A stretch of 28,447 bases of DNA. Origin: a virus. Taxonomy: Duplodnaviria > Caudoviricetes. Within the stretch, counting starts at the first letter, position 1. Each line of letters opens with the position of its first letter. A program made the translations under genes and the position numbers. Positions 23,980 through 28,447 of this stretch are shown here, piece after piece. Location of the stretch: positions 1-28,447 of the IMG/VR virus record IMGVR_UViG_3300044216_001692; one strand, given 5' to 3'. Below the pieces are notes generated by a model. That model searched no databases, had not been told where the DNA came from, and saw nothing but the letters and a program-made list of their open reading frames with translations.

Positions 23980-26941
23980 ACCTATTTGAGCGCGAGTGTA
24001 GGAAAGATTCAAACTCAGCACTCTGGAAGTTACTGGGTAACGCACTCTCGTTCTCAATCGTGATAGTCGTGTCTTGGGATTTGGTAAACACAGGGAAACG
24101 ATAGAACCCGCTGTCGAGGTCTAGGGAGCCCAGTGTAGATGAACCCACTATATCAGGCGTAAAGACATTCTCGGTTGTGTCGCGGTGCTTAGGAGTCACC
24201 TTGACCTTAAAGAAAGCTGTCTTGTCAAAGTATATTGAACCATTACGAACCATTAGCTTGGCGGCATTAGAAGGACTGCTTCCTTGACCAGCTCTAGCTT
24301 TGAATAATTGCTCTGAAAAGGTGTACTTCATGGTGTAGGGGATGCCTACGAATACAGGGGTATCTGCTGACACCGCTTGTGCTAGAATAACAGTAGCTCC
24401 TGAGTTAGTGCAGTTAAGCTTGAGTCCGTCTGTGGTGTAAACCTCTACAGAGTTGTTTGCTGGAGTGTAAGGCAGAGTTATTTGATTATTACCGTTGGTG
24501 ACTGTAGATGCTACTCGCATATCTAGGTGAGTAACAAAGCCAGCGGCATCCGTAAGACCAGACTCTAGGGGCATCTCAACGAGGTTAGTTTCGCTTCCAT
24601 TAGTAATGACTGCATATAGAGTGGACTCAATAAACTCAATGCCTCGTATTTCACCCGTAAAGGTAAACTTAGACCAAGCACTGAGAACTTTCTGGTTGTT
24701 GTTCCAGAAGTAATTGTAGATATATAGAGAACCTTTTTCGTCTCCACTCAGTAACACAATCATGTCCTCTGAGGTAGTCCCTGCCATGTCGATAATGTTC
24801 TTAGGGATATATGCAGGAACGTGTTCAGTTATTTCTACAGAGTCGTAGACATCCGTAGAGGCATTTACGGTGAACTCCCGCATACCCGTAAAAGCTCCGC
24901 GAGTGAATGGGAAGTAGATATATGAACCTAGAGGTAATGGGTCTACTTGGTCTTCAAAGTTGAAGTTAGTAATAGGAGTGATGCTGACTGTCTTAGGTGT
25001 AAGAACATCTCCACCTTTAAGAACAAACTGTCCATTCTCCGAGAACAATATAAGGTTCTCTTGGAAGCCCTTGGCTGATTTAAGATTAGTAACTCGACTA
25101 CTTGATACTGATACATCGATTGGGTCTGAGTCTAATAGCGTTGTAACTGAAGTGCGTCCAAAATTAAATACTAAGTCACCAGAAGCGTCTAATCCCCCCA
25201 GACCGCTTTCTGAAATTATTACGTTTTCGTTTGATAAAAATCCCAGCCTATTCTTAAAAAAGAAAATATTCTTAATTGTTTGAGATACAAAAGAAGGAAG
25301 AGGATTGCTATTATCGTCCCCAACCAGCCTTTCAGAAATTTGAGTCTCTTGAAGAGTAAAAGTATTTACACCTGTGCTTATAAGAGAAACAGGAAGAGTT
25401 GAGCTTGATACGCCTGAGCTAATCGAAGGAGCAACAGTTTCTACCCAACTGCCTTTACCAACCTTACTATTCACACCCCCACTGTTTGTAGATATACCTG
25501 TATTGGTTTCAAATTTAACATAGTAATCGTCCTCGCTTAACTCAACATCTCCTCTAACTTTTACAACAAAACCATCTGGAGCGAATGTAGGTAAATCAGA
25601 TATAGAATTAACTTCTTTATAAATAACGCCTAAACCTTCATTGGCTAACCCATCAAATCCAGATATTTGAAAATCAGTGCCGTCTTTGCGAACCATCTCT
25701 ATGAGATTATTAGTCCTCTTTATGTGAAATGCGGCACTGAATTTTGTGTCAATATCGGTAAGTCCTCCGTTGTCGTGTAATTTATCTATTATAGTTTCTG
25801 TTGATAGCTGAGTTCCAGTGGCATTAGACGAACTAGCAGAGGTTATTACTGCTTCCACAGTTGAGCCAGCACCAGCTACATTAGCATCAACAATGTTTGC
25901 CTCATATCCGCTTGCAGTAGAAGGGGCGAGGTAACCACTGTATGTTCGCATGTTGCCATAATAAGTAGACCCAGAGCTATATGTTCCTACTCCTGTAAAC
26001 AACCCCTCATTAGTGACCGTTGCGACGCCACTAGCCGAACCGCCACTAACTGAAAAAGTTACATCTTGTGCTGTCAGAGTTGTTACTCCTGTGAGTTGAA
26101 GGGTTGGGGTTCCAGAATAGTCTTGCCCTCCGTTTTGAACAGATGCACTAGCTATATACCAGTCGCGCCTATAAATTTTTGAACCTCTCCCTCCCCCAGT
26201 CTGTACGTCATTATAAGCCCAAGTTACATTAGCTGTTGCGCCACTACCAATAGTTATAGTTGAGGCACTACTTGAAGTTATCTTAATACCATACTCTTTT
26301 TCGTAGTCAGCTTGTTTGATGAATATCAAAGCCTTCTTTTCTAAGGCAGGAGTGGTCTTTACCTGATTATTAGTGTCATTTTTTAAGCTGACAGTTTTTA
26401 AAGTATTAAGCAAAAAAGTTCTATCAGCTATCGTTAAAGCCTTTAAAGAGTCTTTTGGGTTTTCTGTGTGTAGATAAGGAGTGTTGGAATCATCAAGGAT
26501 ATAAGATGTATTGGATTTAGTAGCGTCGGCATTTATTTCCGATTGTGTGTAGTTAGCACCCGTATCTGGATTTACCATACTCAAGAAAGAAGCATTATAT
26601 TCTACGCCTCCGAATTTGATACTAGCTTCAGTTCCGTCTACTACATTGAAAGCTCGCATCTTACAGCCTGTGTGAGCATTGTTAGAGTCATACTCTTTAT
26701 ATACAATAACAACGTATTTTTCTGTATCACTTCGATTGATGAAGTGAACAAAGCTATTATCATCAATAGCCGTTGTAAGTAACCTAGCAATGTGCCTAGT
26801 ATTAGGACGCTTCTTCAGTCCATCTGCGATAGAGCTAAGAGCGTTTTCCTGCTCCTCACACTGACCAGCAAAGCGTGTTGCATCAGATTGCTGAGAGACA
26901 CCTTGGATAAGGTTAGGAACCGCAGTGTTAATTAGAGGCAT
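23972..26941 (-). CDS. gp12: Tail tubular protein B (nozzle), 989 aa
   Basis: PNLIQGVSQQ, GLKKRP, RLVGDDNSNPLPSFV, FFFKNRLGFLS, DSDPID, ITEHVPAYIP, SAWSKF. Confidence 0.95.
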   Translation of the reverse strand: MPLINTAVPNLIQGVSQQSDATRFAGQCEEQENALSSIADGLKKRPNTRHIARLLTTAIDDNSFVHFINRSDTEKYVVIVYKEYDSNNAHTGCKMRAFNVVDGTEASIKFGGVEYNASFLSMVNPDTGANYTQSEINADATKSNTSYILDDSNTPYLHTENPKDSLKALTIADRTFLLNTLKTVSLKNDTNNQVKTTPALEKKALIFIKQADYEKEYGIKITSSSASTITIGSGATANVTWAYNDVQTGGGRGSKIYRRDWYIASASVQNGGQDYSGTPTLQLTGVTTLTAQDVTFSVSGGSASGVATVTNEGLFTGVGTYSSGSTYYGNMRTYSGYLAPSTASGYEANIVDANVAGAGSTVEAVITSASSSNATGTQLSTETIIDKLHDNGGLTDIDTKFSAAFHIKRTNNLIEMVRKDGTDFQISGFDGLANEGLGVIYKEVNSISDLPTFAPDGFVVKVRGDVELSEDDYYVKFETNTGISTNSGGVNSKVGKGSWVETVAPSISSGVSSSTLPVSLISTGVNTFTLQETQISERLVGDDNSNPLPSFVSQTIKNIFFFKNRLGFLSNENVIISESGLGGLDASGDLVFNFGRTSVTTLLDSDPIDVSVSSSRVTNLKSAKGFQENLILFSENGQFVLKGGDVLTPKTVSITPITNFNFEDQVDPLPLGSYIYFPFTRGAFTGMREFTVNASTDVYDSVEITEHVPAYIPKNIIDMAGTTSEDMIVLLSGDEKGSLYIYNYFWNNNQKVLSAWSKFTFTGEIRGIEFIESTLYAVITNGSETNLVEMPLESGLTDAAGFVTHLDMRVASTVTNGNNQITLPYTPANNSVEVYTTDGLKLNCTNSGATVILAQAVSADTPVFVGIPYTMKYTFSEQLFKARAGQGSSPSNAAKLMVRNGSIYFDKTAFFKVKVTPKHRDTTENVFTPDIVGSSTLGSLDLDSGFYRFPVFTKSQDTTITIENESALPSNFQSAEFESFLHSRSNRYG

Positions 26942-27534
26942 TAGGAGAGGTCGTAGTTACGGTTGATACCAATTCTGGAGGCTACATTGTAGCTGTCAAA
27001 TATAGTCCTGTCAGAGTTATTACCTTCCGTATCCATAAGGTCAGCCCGTGCGTTGTATTCATCACGAGCAATAAGAGCTTCTAGCTCACGAGAGCCAACA
27101 ATACGTCCTTGAAATACCCTTGAGGCACGTAGGGTTATATAGCGTCTCGCGGCTTCTGGAAGGCTTGTAAAGTCCAGCAGGCGTGTAAGGTTAACCTCTA
27201 GGTCTTTGGAAAACACTGAAGTGTTATTAGAGCGGTCAAACAAACTGAGACCACGTTGGGCGATGTCGATAGAGGTATCTATTGTGTCTACCTCCAAGAT
27301 GTCGTCCGATAAAGTTATTGTGCCATCCCCAGCAGGGCTCAGGGTGACTTTGAGTTCTGTGTTAAAGTGCCACCCTTCAGCTTGAACGGAACGACTTACC
27401 TCGTCCAGTACGGAGATAGCAGTAGCGGCAGAGATAGGAAGCGCGTTGGTGTCACTAATACTATTCACAGGGCTCTCGCCGATATGTCCTAGCATTGAGT
27501 TAACAGCTTCTAGCTTTGATGTAAGTGTGGGCAT
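26941..27534 (-). CDS. gp11: Tail tubular protein A (gatekeeper)
   Basis: LEAVNSMLGHIGESPVNS, VQAEGWHFNTE, LPEAARRYITLRASRVFQ. Confidence 0.95.
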   Translation of the reverse strand: MPTLTSKLEAVNSMLGHIGESPVNSISDTNALPISAATAISVLDEVSRSVQAEGWHFNTELKVTLSPAGDGTITLSDDILEVDTIDTSIDIAQRGLSLFDRSNNTSVFSKDLEVNLTRLLDFTSLPEAARRYITLRASRVFQGRIVGSRELEALIARDEYNARADLMDTEGNNSDRTIFDSYNVASRIGINRNYDLS

Positions 27535-27554
27535 ATTATATAAATTTAAAAGTT

Positions 27555-27592
27555 AAAAAAGAGCCCCCAAAGGAATTAACCAAAGGGGGCTC
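27555..27592 (-). terminator. T-phi-like terminator after the capsid gene
   Basis: GAGCCCCC...GGGGGCTC stem followed by TTTTTT on the minus strand. Confidence 0.9.
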
Positions 27593-27601
27593 AGAATTAA
27601 T

Positions 27602-28447
27602 TTAGCGTACTTCTACAGCACACTCTGGACGCAAGACGCCGTGTCCCATTGCATATTTAGCAACGAACAACGTACCTTGACGTTCGATTTGGTACTCGGA
27701 CTCTGTAGCGAGGTCGAGAAGCTTAACTGTACCGATAGCTTCCTTAGTACCTGCAAGGATGCGGGTAGAAGAAAGGTCAGCATTGTAGCCAGTTCCGCTA
27801 GCACCGAAGACATCATTATTGACGGCATCGTCATTTTGGTCTTGGTTAGCTTCAGTCACTTTAATAGCGGATAGGTGGTTGCTCTTTACGAGGTTTATAC
27901 CAGCTACTTGACTGATTGTACCAGTTGCGATGTTACCAACACCACCAGCGTCACGATTAGACGCAAGCGACACTGCGCTGTTGTCTGCTGTGATTAGGGT
28001 GTAGTAGTCAGCAGGAGTTAGGATAGCGAAACGACCTTCGTCGCTTACATCCTTACTGTCGAGAGACTCAGCAACGCCATAGAGAGCGTCGATAAGTTCA
28101 GCCGCAGTTGCGTTAGCACCAGCGAACAACGAAGACGAAGAACCAAGAATAGTTCCGCTGTCTCCACCGATTTCTGAAGAGCCACGAGCGGCGGCGGCGA
28201 GAGTCTTCATCGTAGCGATGTCGAAACGTTTTGCGAGTGCCTTACCGAGTTCCTTAGCGTAGATGCTACGGACATCGTAGTGGTTCTTTAGTTCGTCGAT
28301 GTTTGCGATGAACGTGGATGAAATGAGTACGTCGTCAATAGAGATGACGCGCTCAGCGTGTTTGATTGCGCTCAGGTAGCTGTTACCGCTGTCAGCGATG
28401 TTCTCGCCAGCAGTGTGGTATTTCGCACTTGCGATACCAGTAACAGG
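27602..28447 (-). CDS. gp10: Major capsid protein, 5' end outside the window
   Basis: The frame is open to the window edge: ...VISIDDVLIS...DELKNHYDVRSIYAKELGKALAKRFD...KYAMGHGVLRPECAVEVR. Confidence 0.96.
   Translation of the reverse strand, partial: PVTGIASAKYHTAGENIADSGNSYLSAIKHAERVISIDDVLISSTFIANIDELKNHYDVRSIYAKELGKALAKRFDIATMKTLAAAARGSSEIGGDSGTILGSSSSLFAGANATAAELIDALYGVAESLDSKDVSDEGRFAILTPADYYTLITADNSAVSLASNRDAGGVGNIATGTISQVAGINLVKSNHLSAIKVTEANQDQNDDAVNNDVFGASGTGYNADLSSTRILAGTKEAIGTVKLLDLATESEYQIERQGTLFVAKYAMGHGVLRPECAVEVR

Noticed and set aside
27595-27640. T7 10B-style frameshift extension of the capsid
   Set aside because: No slippery site is evident and the terminator follows the stop codon within about 10 nt.
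91-27874. Plus-strand ORFs of the track (e.g. 91-459, 4078-4539, 13158-13565, 16578-17051, 24960-25283)
   Set aside because: They are antisense shadows of well-supported minus-strand genes, with no recognisable motifs.

Overview
This window is 28.4 kb of a T7-like podovirus (Autographiviridae) genome with essentially all genes on the minus strand. Read in the direction of transcription (right to left), it starts with the late genes: C-terminal major capsid, tail tubular A and B, gp13/14/15/16-like internal virion proteins, a short tail fibre, a holin-like gene, terminase small subunit, an HNH protein and terminase large subunit. A ~670 bp non-coding block follows (probable genome-end/terminal-repeat junction). 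The early region then holds small ORFs plus an amidoligase and a glutamine amidotransferase/gamma-glutamylcyclotransferase fusion. After it come a tyrosine integrase, an intact attP (3' half of tRNA-Tyr, flanked by 20-bp repeats, with an IHF box), the single-subunit RNA polymerase, SSB, endonuclease I and the primase/helicase (truncated by the window edge). The phage therefore looks temperate and is seen in its unintegrated, circularly joined form. Four signals stand out. (1) The 1979-aa gp16-like ejection protein carries an HExxH peptidase-like domain followed by four cargo segments delimited by five copies of a Thr-Met-Gly motif, suggesting a self-processing injected polyprotein. (2) A candidate ~64-nt small RNA, with its own promoter and terminator, is complementary to a leader motif shared by the Shine-Dalgarno-less early genes. 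(3) There is an early amide ligase/amidotransferase/cyclotransferase module. (4) An attP repeat forms the spacer of a putative leaderless promoter for the RNA polymerase. Family assignments come from motif recognition by eye; no searches were run.
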